Positions 48,629-58,738 of a DNA stretch of 64,000 nucleotides are shown here, one piece after another. Both the position numbers and the translations under genes were made by a program. The DNA is taken from assembly GCA_049412325.1 (NCBI GenBank), contig JBMSEL010000007.1, positions 4,626 through 68,625 of the forward strand, written 5' to 3'. Source of the DNA: Poseidonia sp. (GTDB lineage Archaea; Thermoplasmatota; Poseidoniia; Poseidoniales; Poseidoniaceae). The notes beneath the pieces are model-generated. The model saw only the letters and a list, made by a program, of their open reading frames with translations, was not told the origin of the DNA and did no database searches. The number at the start of each line of letters is the position of its first letter. Position 1 is the first letter of the stretch.

Positions 48629-48730
48629 TGCCTTTGCACTCAAGTTCCCCTTCAACTTGGGCGCAAGCCCTCGTTTATGTTCAAAAAATGAAGGCTTTTC
48701 TCCCTTCGTTTCTCAGTGGAAAGAACGTGT

Positions 48731-49408
48731 TCAAATCCTGCCGGACAACCACTTCGGCGAAGGACCCCATCCGGTGGCATCCCCGCCGTGAATTTTCACC
48801 AGTTTTCCTGCGGAAAACAACGATTCCAACCAGACTTCAAGTGCGGTGCCTTCTCGCCCACCCAACTTGTTGCTGGCAATCTCCTCGATGTCTTCGGTTC
48901 GAAGACCGGTGCTCCCGTGGTCGCGGACGACGAGTTGGAGCAATTCTCGCAACCACGCCTCAGCCATCGGATCAACACTGGTGGCGCCTTGGGCAGGGAT
49001 TGGTGGGTCCATGTCTTCGATGATGTCCATCAATTCGATGATGTCCGGACGTTCAGCTGGTTCAAGCCCGGCTTGACTCAATTTTTCCTGAAGGTTTAGC
49101 TCGCCGATGGGGCGACGCACGATGGGGATTCGGCTCGGGTCTGGCGTGGGCCCCATGTCGGCCGGAGGTTGGTCCTCTGGTGCGTCCTCCATCTCGATAT
49201 TCTCGCCAGCCTCTTGGCGCTCTCGGCTGACGGTGGAGAGGTTACTGGCCTTGACCTGTGTCCCCGTAGGCATGGTCCAACCCACGCCGGTCAAGCCGAG
49301 TTCATCAACGTGCTTGGCCACCCATTCAGCATCGCCTTCAATGACGATGTTGACATCGTGATCATCAGACCGGAATCGGTACCTGACGTTGCCTCGGAGT
49401 TGACGCAT
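48731..49408 (-). CDS. Hypothetical protein (possible C-terminal winged helix)
   Basis: Co-oriented downstream of acnA; acidic/Pro linker; C-terminal helix-helix-helix-GKLVK-wing pattern. Confidence 0.6.
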   Translation of the reverse strand: MRQLRGNVRYRFRSDDHDVNIVIEGDAEWVAKHVDELGLTGVGWTMPTGTQVKASNLSTVSRERQEAGENIEMEDAPEDQPPADMGPTPDPSRIPIVRRPIGELNLQEKLSQAGLEPAERPDIIELMDIIEDMDPPIPAQGATSVDPMAEAWLRELLQLVVRDHGSTGLRTEDIEEIASNKLGGREGTALEVWLESLFSAGKLVKIHGGDATGWGPSPKWLSGRI

Positions 49409-49449
49409 TGAACGGGTCTCCACTTCATCTGATTTTCAATCTACTGCAT

Positions 49450-52119
49450 TCATGCGGTGGATTGAGCCATCTCACGAAGGACGGTGTGGAGGATACCACC
49501 GTTGCGGTAATATTCAACCTCAACCGGCGTGTCCAGGCGAACCTGAGCCTCAAACGTCGTCGAGGTCCCGTCGCTTCGGTCAGCCGTGACCGTGATCCAC
49601 TGGAGCGGTTGGACATCATCGCTGAGCGGGATGGTGAACGCCTCGTGGCCGGTCAGGCCCAAGTGTTCGTGGGATTCGCCGTCTTTGAAGGTCAACGGAA
49701 GCACCCCCATGCCGACCAGATTGGAGCGATGGATGCGTTCAAACGACGTGGCGATCACCGCTTTAACCCCAAGAAGGTAAGTCCCTTTGGCCGCCCAGTC
49801 CCGTGATGAGCCGGTGCCGTACTGGCTGCCAGCCAAGACGACCTTGGGGGCCTCGATTTGTGCGGCATCGTAGACCGACATGACCTCATTCGTTTCGTGG
49901 TTGAGTGCATACCCGCCCTCCGTTCCTGGCGCCATCTGATTGCGGATTCGAACGTTTGCAAACGTGCCTCGCATCATGATCTCATGGTTGCCACGGCGGC
50001 TACCGAAGGAGTTGAAATCGCCCTGCTCGACCTTCCTCTCCACCAACCACTGACCCGCAGGGCCGTCGGCTGGGAAGGAGCCGGCTGGTGAAATGTGGTC
50101 GGTTGTAATGGAATCGCCCAACTTGAGCAACACCTTGGCGCCCTCGATGGAGGTGATGGGCTCAGGGGTCGCAGAGAGGCCGGAAAAGAAGGTCGGTAGG
50201 CGAATGTACGTCGAGGCGTCTTCCCAAGGGTAGAGCGGTGATGCTTCGGCTGGGATGCTGTTCCAACGTGGCTCATTCATGGCGTCAGCGTAGCGCTGAC
50301 GGAACATATCGGGCGTGATGACCTTCATGGCCTCGTCAATATCGGCCTCTGAAGGCCAGATTTCGTCGAGCATAACGGCCTTGCCGTCGTGGTCGTAGCC
50401 GATGGGTTCCGAGGTCAAATCGACTTCCAAGTTTCCGGCGATGGCGTACGCCACGACAAGGGGTGGGCTGGCCAAATACGAAGCCTTGACCTTCCCGTGA
50501 ACTCGACCCTCGAAATTGCGGTTTCCAGAAAGCACTGAGCCGACGATCAAGCCAGCCTCATCAATGGCCGCCTCGATGGCCTCGGGCAGTGGCCCGGAGT
50601 TGCCGATGCACGTGGTACAACCGTAACCAACGGTATGGAAACCCATGGCGTTGAGGTCGTCCTGAAGGCCTGTAGCTTCGTAGTATTCCGTGACCACCCG
50701 GCTACCCGGGGCCAAGGACGTTTTCACCCACGGCTTGACCGAAAGGCCACGCTGGCGGGCGTTTCGAGCCAGCAAACCAGCCGCCATCATGACGCCGGGA
50801 TTGGACGTGTTGGTGCACGAGGTGATGGCCGCGATGACCACGTCGCCGTGGTTCAAGTCGAACATTTCACCGTTCATCTCCACAATGGCGCCTTTCGACA
50901 AGTCTTCAGCCGCCAGACCGTGCCCCTGATGACCCACCTCATGGGTGAGGCTCTCGACGAAGTGCGACTTCATTTCATTGAGGTCCACGCGGTCCTGAGG
51001 GCGCTTGGGACCCGCCAGGGCGGGCACGACATCATCGAGGTTCAATTCAAGGACCGCTGTGTAGGATTTCTCTTCGGCGCCTTCACCGCACCAAAGACCC
51101 TGAGCCTTCGCGTAGGCTTCCACACCGGCCACAGCATCGTCCTCGCGCCCTGTGAGACGAAGGTAATCGAGGGTGCGTTCATCCACCGGGAAGAAGCCAC
51201 AAGTGGCACCGTATTCCGGTGCCATGTTGGCGATGGTGGCCCGGTCGGCCAACGACAGCGCCTTCATGCCAGCACCAAAGAACTCAACGAACTTCCCGAC
51301 CACACCGTGTTCACGAAGCATCTCAACGATGCGGAGCGTCATGTCGGTGGCGGTTACGCTGGGCTGGAGGCTGCCTGTCAAGCGAACACCGATGACATCA
51401 GGGGCGAGCATGTAGATGGGTTGGCCGAGCATCACAGCCTCGGCTTCAATGCCGCCAACGCCCCATCCAAGGACGCCGAGTCCGTTGACCATCGTGGTGT
51501 GAGAATCCGTCCCGACCAAGGTATCGGCCAGCCACACGCCTTCTTCTTGGCGAGCCACGCTGGCGAGGAATTCGAGGTTGACCTGATGGACAATGCCACG
51601 GGAAGGGGGGACGGCTTGGAAGTTCGCCAAAGATTGCTGGCCCCATTTGAGGAAGGTGTAGCGTTCCATGTTGCGGTGGTATTCAATGTCGAGGTTCATG
51701 TCAAGAGCGTCGCTGCTCGCACCCGAAACATCGACCTGAACCGAGTGGTCAATGACCAGATCCACGGGCACTTGGGGGTTGACCTTCTCGGGGTCGCCGC
51801 CCATTTCCACCATAGCGTCACGCAGGGCAGCCAAATCCACCACGGCGGGGACACCGGTGAAGTCCTGAAGGATGACACGTGAAGGGCGGAAGGGAATTTC
51901 GCCGCGCTCACCGTCAGGCGTCCATGCAGCAATCTTGCGAATGTCATCCTCGGTGATGAGAAACCCATCGTTAGCGCGCAAAGCGCCTTCGAGGAGAATG
52001 CGGATGGAGTAGGGCAAGTGAGCCGTGGAAATACCGTTGGCATCAAGGGCGTCAAGGGCGTAGTAATCGCCACCAACGCCGAGGGTCTTGCGTGCGTTAA
52101 AGGGGTCCAAGGTCGCCAT
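49450..52119 (-). CDS. acnA: Aconitate hydratase A
   Basis: [59 protein letters not shown] and [10 protein letters not shown] motifs. Confidence 0.98.
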   Translation of the reverse strand: MATLDPFNARKTLGVGGDYYALDALDANGISTAHLPYSIRILLEGALRANDGFLITEDDIRKIAAWTPDGERGEIPFRPSRVILQDFTGVPAVVDLAALRDAMVEMGGDPEKVNPQVPVDLVIDHSVQVDVSGASSDALDMNLDIEYHRNMERYTFLKWGQQSLANFQAVPPSRGIVHQVNLEFLASVARQEEGVWLADTLVGTDSHTTMVNGLGVLGWGVGGIEAEAVMLGQPIYMLAPDVIGVRLTGSLQPSVTATDMTLRIVEMLREHGVVGKFVEFFGAGMKALSLADRATIANMAPEYGATCGFFPVDERTLDYLRLTGREDDAVAGVEAYAKAQGLWCGEGAEEKSYTAVLELNLDDVVPALAGPKRPQDRVDLNEMKSHFVESLTHEVGHQGHGLAAEDLSKGAIVEMNGEMFDLNHGDVVIAAITSCTNTSNPGVMMAAGLLARNARQRGLSVKPWVKTSLAPGSRVVTEYYEATGLQDDLNAMGFHTVGYGCTTCIGNSGPLPEAIEAAIDEAGLIVGSVLSGNRNFEGRVHGKVKASYLASPPLVVAYAIAGNLEVDLTSEPIGYDHDGKAVMLDEIWPSEADIDEAMKVITPDMFRQRYADAMNEPRWNSIPAEASPLYPWEDASTYIRLPTFFSGLSATPEPITSIEGAKVLLKLGDSITTDHISPAGSFPADGPAGQWLVERKVEQGDFNSFGSRRGNHEIMMRGTFANVRIRNQMAPGTEGGYALNHETNEVMSVYDAAQIEAPKVVLAGSQYGTGSSRDWAAKGTYLLGVKAVIATSFERIHRSNLVGMGVLPLTFKDGESHEHLGLTGHEAFTIPLSDDVQPLQWITVTADRSDGTSTTFEAQVRLDTPVEVEYYRNGGILHTVLREMAQSTA

Positions 52120-52219
52120 GATTTATGGGAAAACCCCCCCGTCTATGAAGAAAACCCTTCACCCCTCACGCCGGTTTGGCCCATCGCTGCTGCGTGGGTT
52201 CCTCTCACTGACGCTCGCT

Positions 52220-53224
52220 TCACCAGAACTCGTACCAAGGCTTGGTTTCAGAACCGACAAAGGTGGCCGACACCAACTCAACGTTTTGGGCTGGACGGTC
52301 ATTTTGACCCGTTTCGACTCCGGAAATGGCCGTGACATGGTCGCAGCCGCTGGTGACTTCGCCAAACACGGTGTGAACACCGTCCAGCCAGGAGGGCGTG
52401 CTGTCGCTGGGGATGAGGAAGAATTGGCTTCCTCCCGTGTTGGCAGCGCTGGTCTTGGCCATCGAGATGGTGCACGGCTCGTGATTGAGGCCGTTGTCAG
52501 CTTCATCGGGAATGGTATACGATGTCTTTCCGGCGCACTCCGCTTCGGTTGTCTCGGCTCCATTACAGTAACCGAACCACTTGGCTGCGTGGCCGCCGGT
52601 GCCGTCACTGTTGGTGAAATCGCCACCCTGAATCATGAAATCATCGATGACGCGATGGAAGATGGTCCCGTCGTAATCGCCGTTCTGCACGAGGAGTTTG
52701 AAATTCTCAACGTGAACAGGAGCCAAGTCGGGGTACAGCTCAATGGTGACCGTCCCGCTGTTGGCGCCGCCGTTCCACGTCAATTCAAATTCGACGATGT
52801 CGGTCGTGGTGTCGCCTCGGTTAGCGACGTTGATCATCGCCAGCAAAAGCACACCCGCCAGGACGATGGCCACGATCCCCGCAGGTGTTGGCGTGCCATC
52901 GTTGAGCAAACGAGGGAAGGTGGTCTCGCTGATGCCCTTGTCCTGCATCTCGTTGAGGAGTTCGTTGTAAAGGCGGTCAGCCTTCTTGTCCCGAGGGTTC
53001 TTCTTGGTGGATTCTCGAAGCAGCGAGGCGGCACGACGGTAGTCGCCGCGGTTGTTGCGTGCCTTGGCCTCGAGCCAGGTCGCATGGCCTGCCAGACGCA
53101 GCGTGGTGGGCTCCTTGCCGTCGGCGTCAATGTCCCGAAGAATCTTCAGGGCTGAATCGCCTTTTCCTTTCGTGATGGCTTTCTCAGCCTTCTCCCATCC
53201 GGCCGTCATCGCATCGTCCGCCAT
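52220..53224 (-). CDS. Membrane-anchored cyclophilin-type peptidyl-prolyl isomerase with an N-terminal TPR-like domain
   Basis: FHRVIDDFMIQGGD, SMA, GSQFF and WLDGVHTVFG motifs; preceded by a TM helix and a helical N-terminal domain. Confidence 0.9.
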   Translation of the reverse strand: MADDAMTAGWEKAEKAITKGKGDSALKILRDIDADGKEPTTLRLAGHATWLEAKARNNRGDYRRAASLLRESTKKNPRDKKADRLYNELLNEMQDKGISETTFPRLLNDGTPTPAGIVAIVLAGVLLLAMINVANRGDTTTDIVEFELTWNGGANSGTVTIELYPDLAPVHVENFKLLVQNGDYDGTIFHRVIDDFMIQGGDFTNSDGTGGHAAKWFGYCNGAETTEAECAGKTSYTIPDEADNGLNHEPCTISMAKTSAANTGGSQFFLIPSDSTPSWLDGVHTVFGEVTSGCDHVTAISGVETGQNDRPAQNVELVSATFVGSETKPWYEFW

Positions 53225-53389
53225 GCTTCTGCCCAACCACCCTATGGTTTTGAGCCGTTCGCTCAAGCAAACTGTTCGGCGCCCTACGGGCGTCAGCCTG
53301 CTGAATGGAGCGGCAACATGTTGAAAGAGTGCTTGGCCAGCCCGAACTCAAGGACGGGTTCCCCGCCAGCCCCACGAGGGATGTTTCAC

Positions 53390-55180
53390 ATGGACCGCAT
53401 CATCAATGACTTCACCATCAACATCGCCACCGCCAACGGAACCGGGTCGCAATCCGCCAACCTCATTTTGTTGCAATCGCTCTTTGACATGGGGGTTCCC
53501 GTCAGCGGGAAGAACCTCTTCCCGTCCAACATTTCCGGCCTCCCCACTTGGTACATCGTCCGTCTCTCGGACAAGGGCTATCAGGCCCCCGGCGACCGCA
53601 CGCACATCCAGGTGTTGGTCAACCCTGCCACGTGGGACGAGGACCTCGCCGCACTTGAGCCAGGTTCCGTCGTGATTTGGAACAGCGACACGAAGAAGAA
53701 AACCGTCGAGCGCGACGACATCATCTCCTACCCGGTGCCGATGAGTTCCTTGGCTCGAAAAATCAACCCGAAAATCGCCAAACTCGTTACCAACATCATC
53801 TACGTCGGGATCCTCGCCGAACTGCTTGGAATCGATCAAGCCTGCCTCGAATCTGCTGTTGCCAAGCAATTCAAGGGCAAGGCCACCGCTGTTGAACTCA
53901 ACATCACGGCGCTCGGTTTGGGCCGAGACTACTGCAAAGAGCACCTGACCAAGGAGGACGCTTACGCTGTGGAACCCCGCGACGTTGAGGTGCCCCAGTT
54001 CTTCATCGAAGGCAACGAAGCAGCCGCGCTCGGCGCCCATTACGGCGGCGTCCAATTGCTGGCCTGGTACCCCATCACGCCCTCGTCCTCGATGGCTGAA
54101 GGCATCATCAATTACATCCCAAGGCTGCGAACTGACGACGAAGGCAACGCCACCATGGCCGTGATTCAGGCGGAGGACGAACTCGCCGCCGCCGGCATGG
54201 TGCTCGGGGCCGGTTGGGCCGGTGGCCGTGGCATGACCGCTACCTCTGGACCCGGTATTTCGCTGATGCAGGAATTCATCGGCCTGGCCTACTTTGCTGA
54301 AATCCCCTCGGTCTTCTGGGATGTCACTCGTGTCGGCCCTTCCACCGGCCTGCCTACTCGCACTCAACAATCCGACATCGCCATGCTCTACGAGGGCAGC
54401 CACGGCGATACGCAACACATCGTGCTCATCCCGGGAACCGTGGAGGAGTGCTTTGAGTACGGTTGGCGAGCCTTCGATTACGCCGAGCGTTTCCAAACGC
54501 CGGTCTTCGGCATGAGCGACCTCGACCTCGGCATGAACCGCTGGGCTTGTGGCGGTTTCACGTATCCTGACCAGCCCATGGACCGTGGCAAGACCGTCCG
54601 TGAGAAGGACGTGTTCGAAGCCTTCGAAACCTTTGGTCGCTACCTCGACGTGGACGGCGACGGCATTCCTTATCGTACGCTCCCCGGCTCTGGCATGGCT
54701 CCCATCCTCTACCGAGGAACAGGCCACAACCCCATGGGCGTCTACTCCGAAAAACCGGAGGATTACTACAACCTCATGCAACGTCTACGAACGAAGATCG
54801 ACAACGCCCGAGACCAATTACCTGCCCCTCTCCTTCGAGAAGAAGATGAGTGCGAGGTCGGAATCGTCTTCCTCGGCAGCATGGAAAATTCGATTCAAGA
54901 AATCGACGACATCCTCGAAGAAACGGGTCTCAAGGTCAGCCAGTGCCGTGTTCGCGCCCTACCTCTACACTCCGAGGTGGAGGAATTTGTGCGCCGACAC
55001 GATGTTGTCATCGTCCTTGAGATCAACCGCGACGGGCAACTTTACGGCATTCTGCGCCGCGAACTCCCCAACGACCTGGTCACCAAGGTGCACTCGGTTG
55101 CCTACAGCGACGGCATGCCGCCACGGGCACGCATCTACGCTGAGCGTATTCTGCAAACCCTCGAGGAGGTGAAGCAATGA
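53390..55180 (+). CDS. korA: 2-oxoacid:ferredoxin oxidoreductase, alpha subunit (gamma-alpha fusion)
   Basis: NGTGSQSAN, YPITPSSS, QAEDELAA, TSGPGISLM and RVGPSTGLPTRTQQSD motifs. Confidence 0.9.
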   Translation: MDRIINDFTINIATANGTGSQSANLILLQSLFDMGVPVSGKNLFPSNISGLPTWYIVRLSDKGYQAPGDRTHIQVLVNPATWDEDLAALEPGSVVIWNSDTKKKTVERDDIISYPVPMSSLARKINPKIAKLVTNIIYVGILAELLGIDQACLESAVAKQFKGKATAVELNITALGLGRDYCKEHLTKEDAYAVEPRDVEVPQFFIEGNEAAALGAHYGGVQLLAWYPITPSSSMAEGIINYIPRLRTDDEGNATMAVIQAEDELAAAGMVLGAGWAGGRGMTATSGPGISLMQEFIGLAYFAEIPSVFWDVTRVGPSTGLPTRTQQSDIAMLYEGSHGDTQHIVLIPGTVEECFEYGWRAFDYAERFQTPVFGMSDLDLGMNRWACGGFTYPDQPMDRGKTVREKDVFEAFETFGRYLDVDGDGIPYRTLPGSGMAPILYRGTGHNPMGVYSEKPEDYYNLMQRLRTKIDNARDQLPAPLLREEDECEVGIVFLGSMENSIQEIDDILEETGLKVSQCRVRALPLHSEVEEFVRRHDVVIVLEINRDGQLYGILRRELPNDLVTKVHSVAYSDGMPPRARIYAERILQTLEEVKQ

Positions 55181-56223
55181 GCGACAAACCCGCACGAGCC
55201 ATCAAACTGAACGTTCTCAACGAGCCAAAGGACAGCTACACCGGCGGACCATCCTCGCTATGTCCTGGTTGTGGCCACGACCAGATTTCCAACGTCATCA
55301 TCACGGCTGCATGGGAAAACGGGATTGAACCTCATCGCATCGCCAAGATGTCGGGCATTGGATGTTCATCGAAGACGCCTGCCTACTACCTCGGCCAGTC
55401 CCACGGTTTCAACACCGTTCACGGCCGCATGCCCTCGGTGACCACCGGTGCCTATGCGATCAACAAAGACTTGCTCTACCTCGGCGTTTCTGGTGACGGT
55501 GACTCCGCCTCCATCGGTATTGGACAACTCATCCACGCCATTCGCCGTAACATGGACATGGTCTACATCGTCGAGAACAACGGCGTCTACGGCCTGACGA
55601 AGGGCCAGTACTCCGCCACCGCTGACGTGGGCTCAAAGAAGAAGAAGGGGCCAGCCAATGAAACCCAACCCATTGACTTGTGCGCCCTGGCCATCAATCT
55701 CGGTTGCACCTTCGTTGCTCGCTCGTTTTCGGGTTCCAAAAAGCAACTGACCTCCCTGCTCAAGGCCGCCATGTCCCACAAGGGCTTTGCTCTGATCGAC
55801 GTCATCTCGCCCTGTGTCACGTTCAACAACAACGACGAGTCCATGCGGTCTTACGGCTACGTCAAGGAGAATGAAATCACGCTCCACATGGCTGATTACA
55901 TTCCCCACTTCAACCCCGTAGAAGAGATTGAAGTCCCTGAAGGTCACTTCCGAGACATCACGCTTCACGACGGTTCGACCATCCGATTGGAAACCATCTC
56001 GGCTGAACACGACCCCGGCGACGCCATGGCGGCCCTCACGGCGTTGCACGAAGCCGAGACCACCAAGAAGCACGTCACTGGTCTGCTCTACTTTGACGCC
56101 AGCAAACCGTCGTTGGCCGAAGACCTCGGTTTGGTCGACACCCCACTGCTCGATGTTCCTGACGAGGTGCTCCGCCCCGACCAAGCCTCGCTTGATGCGT
56201 TGAACGCAGAATTCCTTGCTTGA
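55177..56223 (+). CDS. korB: 2-oxoacid:ferredoxin oxidoreductase, beta subunit
   Basis: LCPGCGH, SGIGCSSK, GDGD TPP motif, NNGVYGLTKGQ and SPCVTFN; ATGA overlap with the alpha subunit. Confidence 0.92.
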   Translation: MSDKPARAIKLNVLNEPKDSYTGGPSSLCPGCGHDQISNVIITAAWENGIEPHRIAKMSGIGCSSKTPAYYLGQSHGFNTVHGRMPSVTTGAYAINKDLLYLGVSGDGDSASIGIGQLIHAIRRNMDMVYIVENNGVYGLTKGQYSATADVGSKKKKGPANETQPIDLCALAINLGCTFVARSFSGSKKQLTSLLKAAMSHKGFALIDVISPCVTFNNNDESMRSYGYVKENEITLHMADYIPHFNPVEEIEVPEGHFRDITLHDGSTIRLETISAEHDPGDAMAALTALHEAETTKKHVTGLLYFDASKPSLAEDLGLVDTPLLDVPDEVLRPDQASLDALNAEFLA

Positions 56224-56273
56224 GTGGCCCCGAACCGCTTCTCTCATTAAGGAGCCCGAACAAATACAAGGCT

Positions 56274-57176
56274 ATGGTGGACCCTCTCACCCTAGGAACC
56301 AGCCTCGGTTTGGGGGGGTTTGGTTTCTACCTGCTGAACCGATATTGGCAACAACGCCAAGCCCAACTGCGAGCCCTGGCCTTGCTTGACAAGTACAGCA
56401 CGCGTTCCCGTATCGGGCTCCATCAAGGGGAGATGCGCCTTCTCGTCTCCATGCCGCAGGTGGGGGAACTTCCACTTGCTGAGCAAGCGGCGTGGCAGGA
56501 ACGGGATGAACGACGCAATCGCAATTTCCTCGAACTCGGCCTGCTCCAAGCCAACGCCGAAGAGGAAGATGACCCGCCTGCCGTCGACGATGACGTCATG
56601 GACGAGGACGAGCGTTTGATCGAACTTGAAGTACGCCAAACCTGGACAAGTGAACACCAAGCCCCGATGACCGAACACGCCGCCGTGGTGGCGGAGGAAC
56701 ACGTCGGGAGCGGCGTGATCGTAGCCACCGAAGAGGACGAGGAACCCGAAGTCAACATGGATGAGCGTCTTGAGCGGGAAGGTGGCGCTTCCGGTGAGGT
56801 GCAAATTTCACTGGCTTGGGACGACTACAATGACCTTGACCTTCACCTCTTTTGTCCGTCTGGTGAACGCATTTACTTCAACAACAAGAAAAGTGAATGC
56901 GGCGGCCACTTGGACGTGGACATGAACGTCCGACCCGTATCCAATACGCCGGTGGAAAACATCGTGTGGGCGGGCGATGCACCGCTTGGCACCTACAAAG
57001 TGGGCGTCCATTTCTACAAACATCACCGAAAGCGACGAACCAAGCGCGTCTGCAAGTACCGCTTGCGAGTGGTCACCCACGGACGAAGCCGAGAGTACCT
57101 CGGGAGCATCAAGTACGGGCAAGCCATGCAGATGGTGACGTCGTTTTCACTTGCGAACGCGGCTCACAAAGGCTGA
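56274..57176 (+). CDS. Membrane-anchored DUF2135/YfaP-like domain protein
   Basis: N-terminal TM, acidic linker, then VQISLAWDDYNDLDLH..PSGERIYF...LDVDMN...ENI..GTYKVGVHFY. Confidence 0.75.
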   Translation: MVDPLTLGTSLGLGGFGFYLLNRYWQQRQAQLRALALLDKYSTRSRIGLHQGEMRLLVSMPQVGELPLAEQAAWQERDERRNRNFLELGLLQANAEEEDDPPAVDDDVMDEDERLIELEVRQTWTSEHQAPMTEHAAVVAEEHVGSGVIVATEEDEEPEVNMDERLEREGGASGEVQISLAWDDYNDLDLHLFCPSGERIYFNNKKSECGGHLDVDMNVRPVSNTPVENIVWAGDAPLGTYKVGVHFYKHHRKRRTKRVCKYRLRVVTHGRSREYLGSIKYGQAMQMVTSFSLANAAHKG

Positions 57177-57904
57177 GTTGCCAGCGCAGCGCCGAGGGGA
57201 CCTGCCGTTTCCAACAGCGAAGCAGGGACCAATTCTGCCCGCGTGGATAGGAGCGGACGAATCGTGTCCCAGTGTTCCATCAAGCCGCCGTAGAGGATGA
57301 TTCGGTCGGGCTCAAGGCTCGCTTCAAGATGCACGAGGCCTTCCTGAAAACGTCCTGCCCATGCCTCAAGGCTCAATCCTTCAATCCGACGGGCCTGCCC
57401 GGAGAGATGTTCCTCTAAACAGCCCGGTCGTGTCGGGTGAGGCCATCGCCCATACTCTAAGTTCGGCACCATCGTTCCGTTTTGGTGGAGGGTGGTGCCG
57501 AGCCCTGTCCCAACGGTCAAGGTCAACACACACGCAGCCTTGCCGTGTCCAGCGCCGTGATGGCACTCAGCCACGGCCACGGCATCGGCGTCGTTGATGA
57601 GGGAAAACCGGCCACCGTGATAGGGCTCAAGGCTCGCTCCAACGTCATAACCAATCCAAGCATCGCCCAGATTGGGGGCGGTGATGGGGCGCCCGTCGAC
57701 CACGGCGCCAGGAAAACCCATCCCGATGGGGCCCTGCCAGCCGATGGTGTCCAGCACTGTTCGGATGGCAGAAAGAACAGCCGCCGGCTCGGTTGAATCA
57801 CCGTGAGTGAAGCGTTCCAATTCTCCCACAAGCTCGCCGGAGTCGAGGTTGAACACCCCCGTCCGGAATCCACTGCCGCCCACATCGATACCAAGCGCAT
57901 TCAA
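57164..57904 (-). CDS. ROK-family sugar kinase, polyphosphate glucokinase-like
   Basis: LGIDVGGSG, WQGPIGMGFPG, INDADA, TVGTGLGT and VPNLEYG motifs; lacks the ROK Cys-rich Zn motif, as in PpgK. Confidence 0.75.
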   Translation of the reverse strand: MNALGIDVGGSGFRTGVFNLDSGELVGELERFTHGDSTEPAAVLSAIRTVLDTIGWQGPIGMGFPGAVVDGRPITAPNLGDAWIGYDVGASLEPYHGGRFSLINDADAVAVAECHHGAGHGKAACVLTLTVGTGLGTTLHQNGTMVPNLEYGRWPHPTRPGCLEEHLSGQARRIEGLSLEAWAGRFQEGLVHLEASLEPDRIILYGGLMEHWDTIRPLLSTRAELVPASLLETAGPLGAALATQPL

Positions 57905-57907
57905 CGG

Positions 57908-58663
57908 TTAACCCTCCGTTGTTCGTTGAAGGATGGCGTCAACCAGTGGCGGGAACGTGTCACCGTGCAGATGTGGCGACCTGACATCGGCGGCCTGAGA
58001 AACGGCATCAAAGGCGCCACCTACGGCGACCGACCAGTGCAACAGGTCGAACATGGGAAGGTCGTTGGGTGCATCGCCAACGCACAGAGCATCTTCAACC
58101 GACCAGCCCATACGGTCAAACAGGACACGAAGGCCTTCCCCCTTGCTCAAGTGTGGCTCCATCAGATGAATCGCAAACCCGGTTCGCACGACGCTGAGAT
58201 GTGGCCAGGGTCCAGTGGCCATGGCCGCTGTTACGGCTTCCAGATTTTCATCGGGAAAGAGGCACCATTCGCTTTCTCGCCACCGGTTGGTGGCGATGCC
58301 GTCGGGATCCAGGCCGTCGATCTCCCCGGCCAACCAATGCGCGGCTTCTTTGGCCTCGGCAGCGGTCGCTCGCAGCATCGGTTCCTCCCAAGAAGGATGC
58401 CAAATCACGCCACCGTTTTCACAGCACATGGGGGCAGAGAGGCCCAAAAACCGCCACAAGCCGTACGTGACTGGACGGACATTCCCGGTCGCCAACACCA
58501 CAGGAATGCCAGCATCTTCCAGTTTCCGAACGGCCAAGACGGCGTCGGTGGAGAGGTGCTTCTTGCTGTCCGTGATGGTCCCATCAATGTCGATGACCAC
58601 CACGCTAGGACACCAATTCGGCGGCAGCCATTCCATGGTTTTGGCTGAGCCCATGCGCGTCAT
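57908..58663 (-). CDS. HAD-IIB phosphatase (archaeal phosphoglycolate phosphatase type)
   Basis: DIDGTITD, LATGN, ENGG, SKGEGL and VGDAPNDLPMF motifs; start uncertain. Confidence 0.85.
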   Translation of the reverse strand: MTRMGSAKTMEWLPPNWCPSVVVIDIDGTITDSKKHLSTDAVLAVRKLEDAGIPVVLATGNVRPVTYGLWRFLGLSAPMCCENGGVIWHPSWEEPMLRATAAEAKEAAHWLAGEIDGLDPDGIATNRWRESEWCLFPDENLEAVTAAMATGPWPHLSVVRTGFAIHLMEPHLSKGEGLRVLFDRMGWSVEDALCVGDAPNDLPMFDLLHWSVAVGGAFDAVSQAADVRSPHLHGDTFPPLVDAILQRTTEG

Positions 58664-58738
58664 GAACCTTGCCTTGAACGGCCCATCAAACACGGTTGAT
58701 GAGATGGTTTCTTGAACGGCCATTGATTGGAGAATTTC

